Source: Lama guanicoe
Taxonomy: Eukaryota
Direction of reading: 5' to 3'
Assembly (NCBI GenBank): GCA_013239625.1
Contig: MU053873.1
Span: forward strand, 820,524 to 884,523
DNA: 64,000 nt
Shown here: one piece after another, positions 20,658 to 33,600 of the stretch
Position numbering within the stretch: position 1 is the first letter of the stretch
How the letters are laid out: each line of letters begins with the position of its first letter
Translations under genes and position numbers: made by a program
The notes under the pieces: generated by a model
Seen by the model: only the letters and a program-made list of their open reading frames with translations
What the model was told of the DNA's origin: nothing
Database searches by the model: none

Positions 20658-23600
20658 TCACATCCAGGAATCTGGCTCCACCCTTGGGTTGACTGAGTGC
20701 AGGGCATGCCAGGACCCAGGCTCCGTGGGTCCAGATGGGCGGCGGGGGCCCCTGGGTGTGGGGATGCGTGAGGGTTTTCTGTCTGGCTGTGTGTCCATCC
20801 GGCCTCGTGCCCAGGTCCTTGGGGCCTCTGGACCGGCCAGGGGGCCCCCAGGTGCATCTGGTGGGCCCCCTGCACCAGGGCAGGGGCTGCCTTCATCGGA
20901 GGAACTGGACAGGGCTGGGCCTCGGGGCCCGGGCAGCCCGTTGGCCATCCTGCCAGAGTCCCCAGGTTGGCCACACTTGCTACCCAGGACGCTGAGGGAT
21001 GAAGAGGAGGAGCTGGAGGAACAGTAGGCTGAGTCAGGAGCTTGAGGGTCTGGGGCCCGAACCGGGTCAGGGGCTGGTCCAGAGGGGGTCCCGCCAGCAG
21101 CAGCCTCAAGGGCTCGGGCATTGGCCAGGAATTCCTCTTCCAGGCGCCGGAAGAGTTGCTGCTCCTGCTTTGGGTCAAGCTGCAAGGGGGTGCGGAAGAC
21201 ACTGGCCGGGGTGGTGCTCAACTCTGGACTGGGGCTGAGGGCCCGGGGAGGCCTGAGTGCTGCAGGGCTGTGGGCACGGGGAGTCTGGGGGCTGCTCCGG
21301 CCCGAACCCACACTGCCCCTGCCCCGTGGCACCCACGAGTGCTGCCCATCTCGGTCCCGACGCACCAGCAGCACAGCCTGCTCCTCGCGGCTCTGGCTCC
21401 GGGCCCGCCGGGCAGGGTTGGAGGCCAACAGCTGGCCTCCCCTGCCTCCTGGGGCCCCACGCGGCCGCCCCCGATCCAGCCGGTCTCGGGATTGGCTGCG
21501 TGGGGCAGGGGGCCGTCTCATCGAGGCCGGGGTGCCTGTGGTCACCCGCCGGCTAGGCCGCTCCCGCCGGGGGCCAGTGCCTGAGTCTTCACTGCGGGGG
21601 CCGAGGGGGCCGCCACTCTGGGCTGATGAGGCTGAGGAATCGCTGTCCCCGGAGTAGCGGCGGGAGCGGGGATTGGGGGGCAGCTGGTCCCGGGTCCTGG
21701 GCAGGGGAACAAGAGAGAGATGGGGAAATGCAGAGGCAACTGGCGCGCAGAAAGGGCAGGGAGAGGAACGAGCCTCCGCGTGTTTGGGGGGCAGGGGAGA
21801 CACCTGCGGTGCTGGTGGTGTGTGTGAGTGCCTGAGCCAAGGGCTTCCGTCCGTCCTGGGGACTTCCAGGGAGAAGTGAGAGACTCTGCCACGGCTTCCG
21901 GCAGCCAGGGCCACCCACCACCCCAAGCAGCGGAAGAAGCAAGGCTCTAAGCTCCCTCTCCCCAGGCCTCTGGTTTCCTGGGCAGGCCAGAGGGAAGCAG
22001 GGTTGGACTGGCCGCCACCCAGCCCCCAGGGCCCGCCCAGCTGTGTTGTTCGTTTGGTTGCGTTGCCCTGGAGACGGGAAGCCAGGCCCACCCCCACCCA
22101 CGGGAACTTTTCCCAGGGTGTGAGTCATTGGAGCACAGTCATCCAGGCCCTGGTGGGCAAACCCCGGTCCCCTCACCCCCGAGTCCTCCTGCCTCTTACC
22201 TGAGTGGGGTCTCGAGCCCCTCCTTTGAGCTGCGTAAGCTAATAGGTGTCACCTCGGGGCGGGAGCCCCGGCGCTCAGCCCCTGGAGCTGGGCTACCAGC
22301 TCGGGGACTGGGGGTAGGTGACACCCGCTGTGGGGAGAAGGTGCCAGCCCTCAGCTGGGGCGGGCGGTGGGCTGCAGGGACAGAGGACAGGCAACGTGTG
22401 AGGGCTGGAGCCACAGAGGTGCCCGCCCGCCCACCTGCCCCCACAGTGGGCACTGACCGGTGGAGGAGCAGCGGCAGGGGTCATGCTTGTCCAGGTAGTG
22501 CTCCAGCGTGTCCCAGCCACCGCCCACACGCACCATCACGTGGCTCCTAAGCACCTGTGGGAGCCCGGCGTGGGCAGGTCACGGCCTGACCCCCACCTCC
22601 CGGGCTGCCGCCTGTTCAGGTAGCCCCTCACTCTCACCCGCACAAAGATGAGCAGGCTGGAGTCTCCCACGCGGTACTTCCCCTCTGAGACTTTGATCAT
22701 GGGAAACTGGTCTGGGCAGGTGCAGTGGCCCAAGATCTCCCTCACCTGAGGCCAGAGAGGAGAGGCTGGTGGTCAGGGGTCAAGTCCATCCTGGGGCCTG
22801 ATGTCAGCAACTCCAGGGACAGGAGGAGGTTAAGTCCTTCTGGGAAACAGGGGCATGGACTGTGTTGCCCCAGACTTGAGTGCAGCCTCTGCACTTGGCC
22901 TTTCACCAGCTCTCCTTCCCCATTGGCTACCAGGGGTTAGAGAGCTAGCCAGGATAAGACAGAGGGGCTGTGGTCAGGCCAGGGACCCCAACAAGGCACA
23001 TCCTTTAAGTCCCTGTGCCCATCCTCACTCCCCCTTCACCCACTTCAGAGACATGAATGTTGAGGCCCACAAGAAGGCCAGGTTCAGGGAGGAGGCAGGT
23101 GACAGGCCACGAGCGCAGGGGACCCCCACCACAAGACGGGAGTGCCATAGACTCATGGGGCACATGCACACACCGACATGCACACCAGGCCCCTCGCCCG
23201 GCGAGCACACATCTGCCCACATGCTCCCCACCCGGGGAGCTGCCAGGATGGCTATGTGGGCGGCCCTGACCGCCTCCTCGCCCACAGCGGAGCCGCCTGA
23301 GAAAATGAGCAGGTGGAGCCTCGGATGACCCTGGCCCAGGATGAGGTGGGGTGGCAGCCTCTGCCCACAGCCATCCGGCTACCCACCTCCAGGACATGCA
23401 CAGCATGTCCTAACCTTCTGATAAGAAGGAAACTCTTGGCCCAGCTGTGGGGGTGTCAGGGACATCCAGGTCCCAGGAAGAGGAGGAGGGAGCTGAGGGC
23501 ATGGTCTGGCACCTCCTATGCTCAGAGTAGAACTAATCCTGCAGCTCCTAATAGGACTTCCACTCCCAGTAGCAGAAGCCAGGCTGGGCTTGGCTTCCCA

Positions 23601-24757
23601 GATAAGTGATGTGCAGCAGGGTCATGGGGAGTGGGAGTCCCTGGGAGCCTCCCTCAGCACTCACTCAGTGCCTACTGTGTGCCAGGTGCCTTACGCAGGA
23701 CCAAACCACATGGGCACCCATTCAACCTCAAGCTCAGTGATGAAGATGCAACTGTCTAGCAGCTGAGTGTAGGGAGGGCATACAGGAGGGGCTCAAATCA
23801 TGCAGCCCCCTGGATGAAGGTGCACCCAGCACTTATCTGGTGCATAGTTAGCACATGAAGGAAGCAGGAGATCATGCAGTGGAGCTGAGTTTTCTACCAG
23901 GCAGGGCCTCACCCAGCATCTCTCCCTCTCTGGGCCTGCTCATCTCCTTGGGGCCAGGTATATACACTTGGTGCTTAACACATGCACCCTTCCCATGGGG
24001 CAAGCTGTCCTGCAGATGCGCGGGTGGGCCCTGGGAGGTTGTGGGCACCAGCTCTGCGGTTTGGCCCCGAGCACACAATGCTGGGTACTCAAGCCGGGCA
24101 CCTGCCCTGAATCCGGGGACTCACCAACTCGTCGAGGTTGCGCAGGTCACTGGGTGTCATGCGGGGCCCCCGTGCAGGAGCCCCAGGGGTGGCAGAGGTC
24201 TCGGCGGTGTCCTCCCCAGCAGTGGGGGTGTTAGGGACCGGGGGTGCGGCACGGAGCTCCTGCTCAATCTCCTGTTCGAACTGCACGAGCCGAGGGGCCA
24301 GCAGGCCGAGGCGGGCTCCACGCCGCGCCACCTCCAGCAGACACAGCACCACGCTTTTCTCATTCTTTCGTAGCACTAGGTCCTCAGTCTCAAACATGAG
24401 CACTTCGGGCACACCCAGCTCCGCTCGGCACCAGCCGATGAAGGTGGCCACGTTGTCTCGGGCCATGAAGGAGCCAGGCACCACACTGTGTGCCTGGAAG
24501 GCCACCCCACGGGCCGGGCGGGCAGCGGCCATTGTGCGGGCGGCCTCGGTGACAGCGTTGGCATGCTGGCACAGGGTGGTGCCTGTGGCCAGCCCCGTCA
24601 GGAAGCCATCGCCACCATTGGGCAGACCCAGGCCGTACAAGGCGTTGAGCCACTCGGCCAGGTCCTCCTTCATGGCCTCCACGTAGGCCTCACTCGAGCG
24701 GAATGGCCGCACACTCTTGGCCGCCGAGCCCGCGATGCCCGCCACTGGGTCCGCCAT
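20658..24757 (-). CDS. GAS2L1: GAS2-like protein 1 (GAR22): CH domain, GAR domain and S/P-rich tail; 682 aa long form
   Basis: Exons 24757-24125, 22745-22638, 22554-22458, 22371-22200, 21696-20658 total 2049 nt. [19 protein letters not shown] start, GAR motif [24 protein letters not shown], SxIP motif SRIP near the C-terminus. Confidence 0.97.
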
Positions 24758-25399
24758 GCCCGGGCCAGCCGAGTCACTGTGGGCAGGGATGCTGGTCAGG
24801 ACTGCTGTGATGACCGAGCAAGCGCTCAGTACAGACTAAGCCGCAGAACACCCCAACCCATCAGTCATTTCAGACCAAATGCCTGGGTTTGAGCCCTGGC
24901 TATGATACACTTCTCGCCTCAGTTTTCCCATCTGTGAAGTGGGTACAACAACATTCCGTTTCTCAGAGGAACTAATGGATAATTTTTATAAATGATTTAG
25001 TGTCCTCAAGTGTTTGCTGTTTGGTTCTTCTGTGTGGGGCGGGGGTGTGGGGGCAGACTGGGGGACTTGGCTGAGTCCTCCGGCCAGGGCAGAGAGGCAC
25101 CCATCCTTACTGCCCTGAGTGACAGATGAAGAGCTGAGCCCTAGACAGATGAAGCCCACAGCCCTGGACTCACAGTAGGAACCCTGGTCGCGACCTAAGA
25201 GGGATTAGTTCCACTGCTCAGGGCTGGTGGATCCCACTTCCTCCGGAAAGAGCCTAGGTCCACCCTCAGCCCCCTTTCCCTAAGGATTGTGTCATAACAA
25301 CGACATAACGGCAGCAATAGTAAAGTAATCACAATGACTATAGTCAGCTTTGAGTGCGCAGTGATATTATCGCCGTTTCACAGATGAGGAAACTGAGGA

Positions 25400-26050
25400 G
25401 CAGAGCTTGCTCAAGGTCGCAGAGGAGTGGGTAGCGGAGCCCAGGCGGACCGGCACCTCATCGCTGATCCGGAGCGTTATTTGGCGGCCAGTTTCGCCTG
25501 GGCCAGGCCCCGCCTCCTCCGAGGAGCCTCCCTGGCGCCCCAGGCTGGTGAGTGTGGGCCGGAACTCAGAACAGCCTTTGCCAGCCTTGTGCCCTCTGGG
25601 CTTCAGCCCAGAGAGGGTGCGGGGCTGCCCAAGGTCACACAGCCCTGGGAACAGAGGCCGTGGCTGCCGCCACCAGGTCCCCATGAGTGTGCGGTGGGTA
25701 GGGGGTGTTGGGGGTCCCCGCGCTCACCTGGCTCATCCCGCGGCCTCGGGGAGCATCGCCCCGGCCGGGCCGGAGCCAGGCCGGGCTGCCGCAGGGAGGC
25801 GCCTCCCGAGTCACAGCCGATCCGGTCCCACCACCGCGTCCTCCGCGCCCGCCGTCTCCGCCCCGCCTCCCTGGAATTCGGATCCGGCCCGGAGGGGTAG
25901 GCGGGGCTGAGCGCTCTTAAAGGGGCCACGCTGTTCCCGGGCTGGCAGGGCGGGTTGGGGAGGGACTGGAGTCTCCTGATTAGGGGGCGGGCCTGGGACT
26001 GACTCAGCCCAGCCCTGGGCGGAGGCGGGACCAGAGTCCCCAGGCGACCC
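25400..26050 (-). promoter_or_regulatory. CpG island / promoter and non-coding first exon of GAS2L1
   Basis: CpG-rich. Minus-strand donor CCAG|GTGAGC at 25728/25727, TATA-like TTTAAGA at about 25915-25921, GC boxes at about 25900 and 25985. Confidence 0.75.
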
Positions 26051-28269
26051 TACCAGCCCAGACATCCCATCTCACCCATGCTAGTTCCCTGGGTCCCTTC
26101 CACCGTCCTTGGTCTCCTGGGAAGCAGTTTGGGTGTTTTTAGTTATACCCCTTCCCCAGATAATGGACTCCCTGGGTGAGCCCTGCGGCCTGTCTCCAAG
26201 ACAACTCAGGAAGCGATAGGGGCAGGGGCTGCAAAGTCACCTCCGGTGGAGTAGACCTCCTTAGGTCAGATAAATGAGGCGGGCTTCCTACCCCCAGGGC
26301 TGGCCTTGGGAGGGGAAGATGGCTCTGTTACCCCCACTCAGCGACTGGCTCCTCATCGAATGCGCTTTGTTAACCCTGACCTTAGGGGAACTTGTTTCTT
26401 AGATGAGGACACTGAGGCTCAGAACGGTAGGTGGGTAGCTAAGGCCCATGAGTCTGTTGCTGCAGCCCCAGCTGTGGTAGGGAAGGGCCAGTCCTGGACC
26501 ACCTCTGGCTGTCCAGGTTGGGCACAGAATAAAGGCAGAGGAGGATGGGCGGCAGCCTGGCTCTGGAGGGTTAAGAAGAGCTTGTTTCTTTTTAAACTGC
26601 AGAGGAGGGATCTGGCCCTGGCTGGGACCAGCAGGGAAATCCTGCCCCCAGCTGTGGCTGGGCGGGGCACCAGGCCTGGCTAGGTAGCGGCCTTGCTGGC
26701 CAGGCGGGCAGGGCTGCTTGAGGGGAAGCACCACCACCAAAGGTCAATGCTAAGAACTTTAATAAAGCCCCTACTGTGTGTCAGCCCTGCTATGCGCCCT
26801 TGACCTGAAGAAACCAATGGGTCACCTCTATGAGGGACACTTCTTATGCCCAAACTTGGGCTCAGTCAGAAGAGTAGCTGGTGGAGCCGAGATTTAAACA
26901 ATTACCCTCGTTTGAGGATCAGGGGCATTTGTTGAGGACCTACTGTGTGCCTGACCTCCTGGTGCCAGGCTGTTTATGTACATCATCTGGACTAAGTCCT
27001 CATGACCTTTCAAAAGATGGGCTCTCTCTCTGATACCCAGCTGGTGCAGATCCCACTCTACCTTTCCTCCAGCCCCTCCCCCGTGCAGAGCAAGGAAGGC
27101 CAGCAACTAAAAGTAGTAATAGTTGCGGAATAGTAAGAAATTTAATTCTCAAAATAATCCTATGTGAGAGGATTTTTTTGTGTGTTCTTTTACAATTTAG
27201 GGAAACTGAGGCCCAGAGAGGGCAAGGGATGTGCGTGGTTAGCAGCTGTGTGGGAATCTGACTCTTACTCATGTCTACCTAGACACAGGAGAGGTCAGAC
27301 TGAACCTAAGCCCTGCTGTTGGTCATTGGTTGAGACAGTTAAGCTCTCTAAGCCTCAGCTGGACCATCTGCAAAATGGGGCAACAGTGGTAGTTTCATTA
27401 TAGAATTGTGAAAATGTTATTACTTAGCCCAGTGCAGCCAGAGCTGTGTCCACTACTCCTCTGAGGAGGTGGTGATGGGGTGTGTGTGTTGGGGGGGACT
27501 TTTTCCTCTCCACCTCCATCACAGAGGCCCACTGCTCACCAGATACGTCAACATTCTGATTCTAGGACACGTGGCAGGTGTGGTGCCCACCAGTGTGGCC
27601 AGACCCACAGCCCAGGCCATGGAGGGCCTTGGTTTCAACTCCCTCTGTCGTATGGGGACCTCTCCTCTTCCTTGCAGGACCAAGGGGAGCACAGACACCA
27701 CTAGAGGGATGAGAGTTTTGGGCTATGGTTGTCCTGAGCCCAGACCCCAGAGGGCCACCTCTGAGTCCAGAAGGCTGTTGCTCGCCCGCAGGCTTGGGCC
27801 GGCCCTTGGACAGCGAGTGCATGGTTGGGTTTTGGGCCCCCGCTGCTGGGTGCTGGGGAGCAGCAGCCTACTGGCCTTGGTTGCAGCTGGAGCTTGGATG
27901 ATTCAAGCAAAGCTCTCACTGGCAGGCCCGAGCCCTGGCACCAGGCAACTCAGTCCTGGCTGGGTGCACCTGATGCTCTCCAGGCTAGACTGACCTGTGA
28001 GCACAGCCCAGGATGAGTGAGTCACCCGCAGGGGACTTCAGGCTGCTCCGTCCAGATGTGTGTCCAACCATGGCGACTGCTTCTGCCCTGGCTGTGGGGT
28101 GAGTGACCCCAAGCTTCCCTGAGCTGTCTCCTGTGTCCTCCATGAGGGAGAAGCAAGATCAGAAAGCCCAGGAAGGCCTGCTTTCCAACCAGCCATCACG
28201 CTTTGTCTCCCTGCTTGCCCTGCACCTGGCAACTCTGTCAGGAGGGGGCAGGATGGGGAAGCTTGAGAG

Positions 28270-28933
28270 TCAGTGGTTGGCCCCTGGGAGACCTGGTGTC
28301 TGGCCTTGTCGTTGCACTGTCCTTGGGCCACGATCCTTTCTTCGGAGCAGGTGAGCCAGTCCCTGCGGGCCTTTGTCCACACGTGGGGCAGAGATCAGTC
28401 TCCCACTGACCACGACCTTTGCCTGGGCCTGCGGGGTGTGGCCCTGGGGGACCATGAGTGTGAATGACCAGGAACACTTGAGGGGTTGGAGCACAGTGTG
28501 GAACCGGATTCCCAGCACTCCCACCCCATCCCTGGGCTTCTTTGAGACAGGGCTTGGAACCCATGCTGCCTGGGGGCATCTGAGGTGAGTCCAGACGTTT
28601 TTTGGCTGAGGAACTGGTCTGCCTGATATCAACACCTCCACCCTAGGCCCGGGCACCTGGGACCTAAACCCTTCTCTAGGCAGGGACGCGAGGCCGCTCT
28701 TGGGCGGCCTCAAGGTCCAGGCAGATGGGCAGTGCCTGTCGCACGTGGTGGTTGTCCCTGCAGTCCAGTGAGGGCTGCTTGTAGTTCCCTTGCAGTGGCT
28801 GCAGGCTGGGGAGGTAGCTGATCGGTACCCATTGCTGCTAGGTCCCCCAGCTTTTAGGCAACAAGATACTCTTGTGGAGGGGAAAGTAGGGGAGCGTCTC
28901 ATCTCAGGGGGCTGCCTTCAGCTCTCGCCCCAT
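28270..28933 (-). pseudogene. Candidate degraded coding sequence (unassigned, stop-interrupted)
   Basis: Kozak-context ATG (AGGATGG) at 28933 opens MGRELKAAP*DETLPYFPLHKSILLPKSWGT*QQWVPISYLPSLQPLQGNYKQ...; codons mostly end in G/C by eye. No homology search was run. Confidence 0.35.
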
Positions 28934-30333
28934 CCTCCCACGATGGCAAGATCTGCCTTCTCACCTGAGCAACAGGGGCATATGCTCCACCTACAGGAGT
29001 GGTTAGGAATTGGATGTGTTGAGGCAGTGCTTGGCTAGACACAGGGGCCCAGGGATGTTTTGGTTATTGACATTTTTGGTTATGTTTGGGCCTCAGGGCT
29101 GTGAACTCTGGCTCTGATGCCTGTCAAGGCTGAGGTGGGGGCATCCTTGGCCCCATGGCAGGACTGCAGGGAAGAGAGCAGAGCAGGGCAGCTCAGGTCA
29201 CAGGGGCCTGAGGGAGGCCTGCTCTCATGGGGACTCATGGGTCTTGGCCAGCGTGGTAGAAGCCCCTGGAGGGTTTCAAGAATGGCAGGGACTTAAGGTG
29301 TCAAAAATTCAGCCTCTGGGGTGGAAGGGCTAGAGGGGCCTAGGGAACCAGGGAGCCCAGCCAGTGTGGAGGTGGGTGGCGTGGTGTCTCTTGGGCTGTG
29401 CTGTATTTTGTAGCACGTGATGGTTTAGGTTGGGGTCTGAGAGAACGGGAGTCAAGACTCCAAGGTTCTGGACAAGGGGACAAGCACTTCATTTGCTGAG
29501 ATGGGGTGGAGGAAGGGGTAGGGCAGGATCCAGCCCAGCTTTAGGCCCACTGGACCCCCAGGAGGAGCTGGCACCTGGGAGGAAGGTGTGATGTCAGCAG
29601 CACAGTTGGCCGGAGGTCAGCCAGGCAGTGAGGGGGTCAGAGGAGCCCCAACACCAGCCTGGGCCCCCCCCCTTCATTTAAAGGTCAGGAAGAGGAGGGC
29701 AGCAGAAGCCAGAGAGCTCAGAAGGAACCATCACTGATCTGGTACGCGGAGGTCGTTACTGTTGCAGTAGAGGCAAAAGCCTGATTAGAAATGGGCTCTA
29801 GAAAGGGAGAGGAGGTGGACACAGAGGAACCTCTTTAAAGAGTTTCAAAATTCAGTGAACAGCCTAACTCCGTAACATCAAGGAAGCACCAATAACCTGA
29901 GTAGGAAGAAAATTATAAAAATGGCCCCCCATCTTTAGCCGTCAGTCACTGAGGCAGGCCTGCCTTGTTCTGCAGTGTGTGGAGCCTCACGTGCCCCCAA
30001 CCCCGCCGCTGCCGGGAGGGGCATTCACAAAGGGCCTTCGGAGGGCTCCCAGCCCGAGACCCCAGCACAGTGCTCCCGACAGCAGATCAGAGGCCTGGGC
30101 TACAACGTCCCCATGCTCTGAGACACGGCTCGGGGCGAACCCCCTTTCCGTGCCGGCGGCAGCACCGCGTCTAGCACTGCGCTGTCTGGTCCTGACGGCC
30201 CTGATTCCCCGCACACTCCCCACCACGGCGCCTGAGCCAGCAGCGACCTGGGTGGAGGGGGAGGCTCCGAGGAGACGAGCAGCGGCTGCGGAACAGAGGC
30301 TGAGAAGGATGACTGTTTATAAACATTTGGAAT

Positions 30334-30508
30334 TTTATTTAAAAAAAAAATCACAACCATGAACATTGTTACAGTTAGAGGCCCTCTTGGTTCTCCACAA
30401 TGATACTGAGCATGCTCACAAGGGGTTCCCATTGTTTAGTCTTAAACAACCATCTTTAAAAGGAAAAAAAAAAAAAACTCAGCACACTACCATTTAACTT
30501 GTTTTAAT
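30334..30508 (-). terminator. EWSR1 polyadenylation signals
   Basis: Minus-strand ATTAAA at 30503-30508 (proximal) and AATAAA at 30334-30339 (distal) in an AU-rich 3'UTR. Confidence 0.75.
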
Positions 30509-30659
30509 GTTTCTTCACAAATGGTGAAAAATACTAAAGTACAGACAAGGAATAATCATAATGTTGTGGCCAACATTATAAATATGGAATTATAAATTTA
30601 AAACATTTTCTGGTTTAAAAAATAAATCTGGTATCAATGCAGCTCTGTGGGGTCTGCGT

Positions 30660-33600
30660 CTAGTAGGGCCGGTCTCTGCGCTCCTGGCGGTGCTCTCCTC
30701 TGCAGGGCAGAAAGGAGAAGGGGTTAAGGTGTTAACCTGGGGAGAGGGAAGGAAGCCCTCTGGCAGCCCCGAGCCCAGCCTCCTGCCTCCTCTTCCCAGA
30801 GCTGGTCAGACCCGTTCACAGATAGGAAGGGGCCACATCCCACCTCCACAGCTGGTTTTCACCACCACGTACTTATCCATTTTTCCAGGTCCTCCACGCC
30901 CGCCTCTTCTTCCTCCCATTTGTTCCATCAAAGGTCCAGGGGGTCCCCCAGGGCCACCTCGTCTTCCTCCACCGAAGCCACCGCGGTCCATGCCCCGGCC
31001 ACCACGGAAGCCACCTCTGTCTCCACCACGGCCACCTCTGAACATTCCACCAGGACCACCACGGTCCATGAGGCCACCTCTTCCTCCCCGCATGCCACCA
31101 GGCCCACCTCTGCCACGGTCACCACCTAAGGTAAGGGGAAAAACAGGAGAGGACAATCAGCGCCAATATAAAATGGGTGATGCAGAGGCCCCCCCAGGAT
31201 CTGTGTCTTCTCTCAGAGCAGAAACAGGTCCTTGGCTCACCCCAGCACCTGGGTCACAATTTAGAACTGATGATGGAACTACAGCTGGCTCTCAAACAAC
31301 ACAGGTTTAAATGCGAGTCCACTTAAACTTTGATATTTTCTCACTAAATAGGAACTACAGCACTACACAATTGGCGGTTACAGAGGGGAGGGCTGACTAT
31401 TCTGACTGCACAGAGAGAGGGTCAGCACCCCAACCCCCATGTCAAACAGTGTGACTTAAAAAGACCGAGTCAGGGGTGCCCTTGCTAAAACTACCAACCT
31501 GGTTCTTGGCCACGGGCACCTGCAATTCACTTACTAAGCCCACCAAGTTAACGGAAGAGGCTTAATACCAAGAAGAGGAGGGTACCTACCCGGAGGTGGG
31601 AAAGGTGGTGGAAGGAAGCCTTCAGGCTTTGGGGCCTTACACTGGTTGCACTCTGTTCTCCAGGCGAAGTTCTGGTTTCCACACCCCCTGCACAGTTACA
31701 TCACAACAAAAATCACTTACTGAACTAAGAAAGTTGAATAAGCACAGGCACCACCTGAGCAGACAGCCTGCGCACCACCACCACCACCACCGGCACCTGG
31801 GTCAAACACCACTAAGGGCTCTGTCCACAGAAGGTGGCTTCCAAGCCACAGCCTCTGGCAGCAACACACCACAGGACCAGCATTTGTTCCAGTAAAATGT
31901 CTGGACCACCATGTACGTGTGGACCTGTGACCTCCTGAAGGCTCTGAAGCAGCTGGGGAAGGTCTGATTAGGCCACCTGCTCCGTAACAGAGCAATCATT
32001 ATGCTCCTCCAGACAAAAAGAATCCAGCAGGCCTCTCCAGGGAGGGAACGGGCTGAGATGCAGGCACCTTCATTAGTAGGCTATCGATCTGCCAGAAGTA
32101 CATACGGATTGGGGCACTGCCAGTCTCCAGCTCGGTGCTGGACGTTTCCTCCTCCAGATGGGTTCCCTCGAGAACCACGGGGCCCTCTTGGTGGGAAGCC
32201 TCCTCTGTCTCCTCCACGGCCTCCCATGCGACCCATGGGTCCCCCAGGACCTCCTGGGCCCCCTGGACCTGAAATAAAAGGACAAATCACCTCTTTACAA
32301 CACCAGATGTGCTACAGGATGTATGAATCAAAGGGACTCAGAAGAGATCACAGCCATTGCTGCCCCATCACTGGGCCCATTCCTCCCCCAGGCCCAAGGG
32401 CTCTGTCCTTAACTGCAATCAGCTCCACGACTTTATCATACAGACTGAGTGATCAAAGCAGAATGAATAAACAGCAGGCCCTGGGCTGACTCCCAGGCAG
32501 CATGGCTCCCGCCTCCCTGACCCCTCCTCTTGTTCTCTTCCTTTCACTCCCAACTTTGTTGTCAGCACTGATAGTCTACTACACACCTTTTCAGTATTTC
32601 TAACGGGCTTGCCTTCACTAGAAACAGAAATCAACTTTCTCAAAGGTAAGTGTACTAAAAGACCTCTTAAAGCAACAGAGGCAGCCCAGAGAAAGCGTCC
32701 AGTTATTACCTCCCCGGAGTGGTGGCGGCGGCATCCCTCTGCCCTCGCGGGGTGGCATTCCACCTCGCATGCTGTTCATTGGAGGCTTCTTACGAGCAAG
32801 AGAAACTTTAAGTTTGCTCCCTTGAAAATCTTTCCCTGGAACAAGGTAAGAGAACATTAATTACTCTCGACCTCCAATTCCTAGTCCCCTTGAGGGATCA
32901 GGCAGTAGACAATTCCTCTTTCACCAAGCCCGCCCAGTTATCAGACCCAATCGTTCCCACTCCATCAGTGTGCTCGCCCGTGATCTTCCCTCGGATTCTT
33001 ACTGGCAAGGCCAAGAAAGCCTTTCAAGCAGGGACAGCAGAGCACAAGGTGGCCAAGAGGGGAGGAGAGCCAGAACCCGACAGTTTCAAGTTGGTTTTGT
33101 GTGAAGTGAAATTCCAAGATCAATGTTAATGTAAATGCATATAAATTGCACTTACATGCACGTAGATACATGTAAATGTATACGGCTCAGATGGCTGTGG
33201 GGTTTTTGCACCTTCTGGTATCATTGCTTAGGAAAGCACTAACAACTTTAGCAAGGTGGATCTGAACAACCATGACTGAAAATAAGGGATCTCTTAATCC
33301 AGGGTTAGCAAAGAGGTCCTAATATGGCTGAGGGGAGCCAGGTGAGCAGCTTCCCAACAGGCATCCAGAGCAGACACAGGGTCTTCTTGCTCCTACGACT
33401 CTCGTTCCTCCTCCCTGCCACGCCCTATGGCCACACGGGGAGAACTATCTGTCCCTGGTCCCTAGAACCACTTCAGAGGACGACATTCTAAAAGCCAAAA
33501 TTAATACATTAGAGCAAGATCCTTTCTTTACCTACAAGTTGTCACATGCAACACTTGCCACCAGACCCGCCCCCCCGTGTGCCCCAGGGGAGGCAGAGCT

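Noticed and set aside
21697..22097. N-terminal extension of the 479-aa ORF into the GAS2L1 last intron
   Set aside because: GTG start with no supporting signals; the real exon begins at the acceptor at 21696.
30155..30200. REST/RE1-like half sites downstream of EWSR1
   Set aside because: Half-site spacing and identity do not fit the canonical 21-bp RE1.
30690..32489. Proline-rich plus-strand ORFs (30690-31310, 32001-32489)
   Set aside because: Antisense shadows of the Gly/Arg-rich EWSR1 exons.
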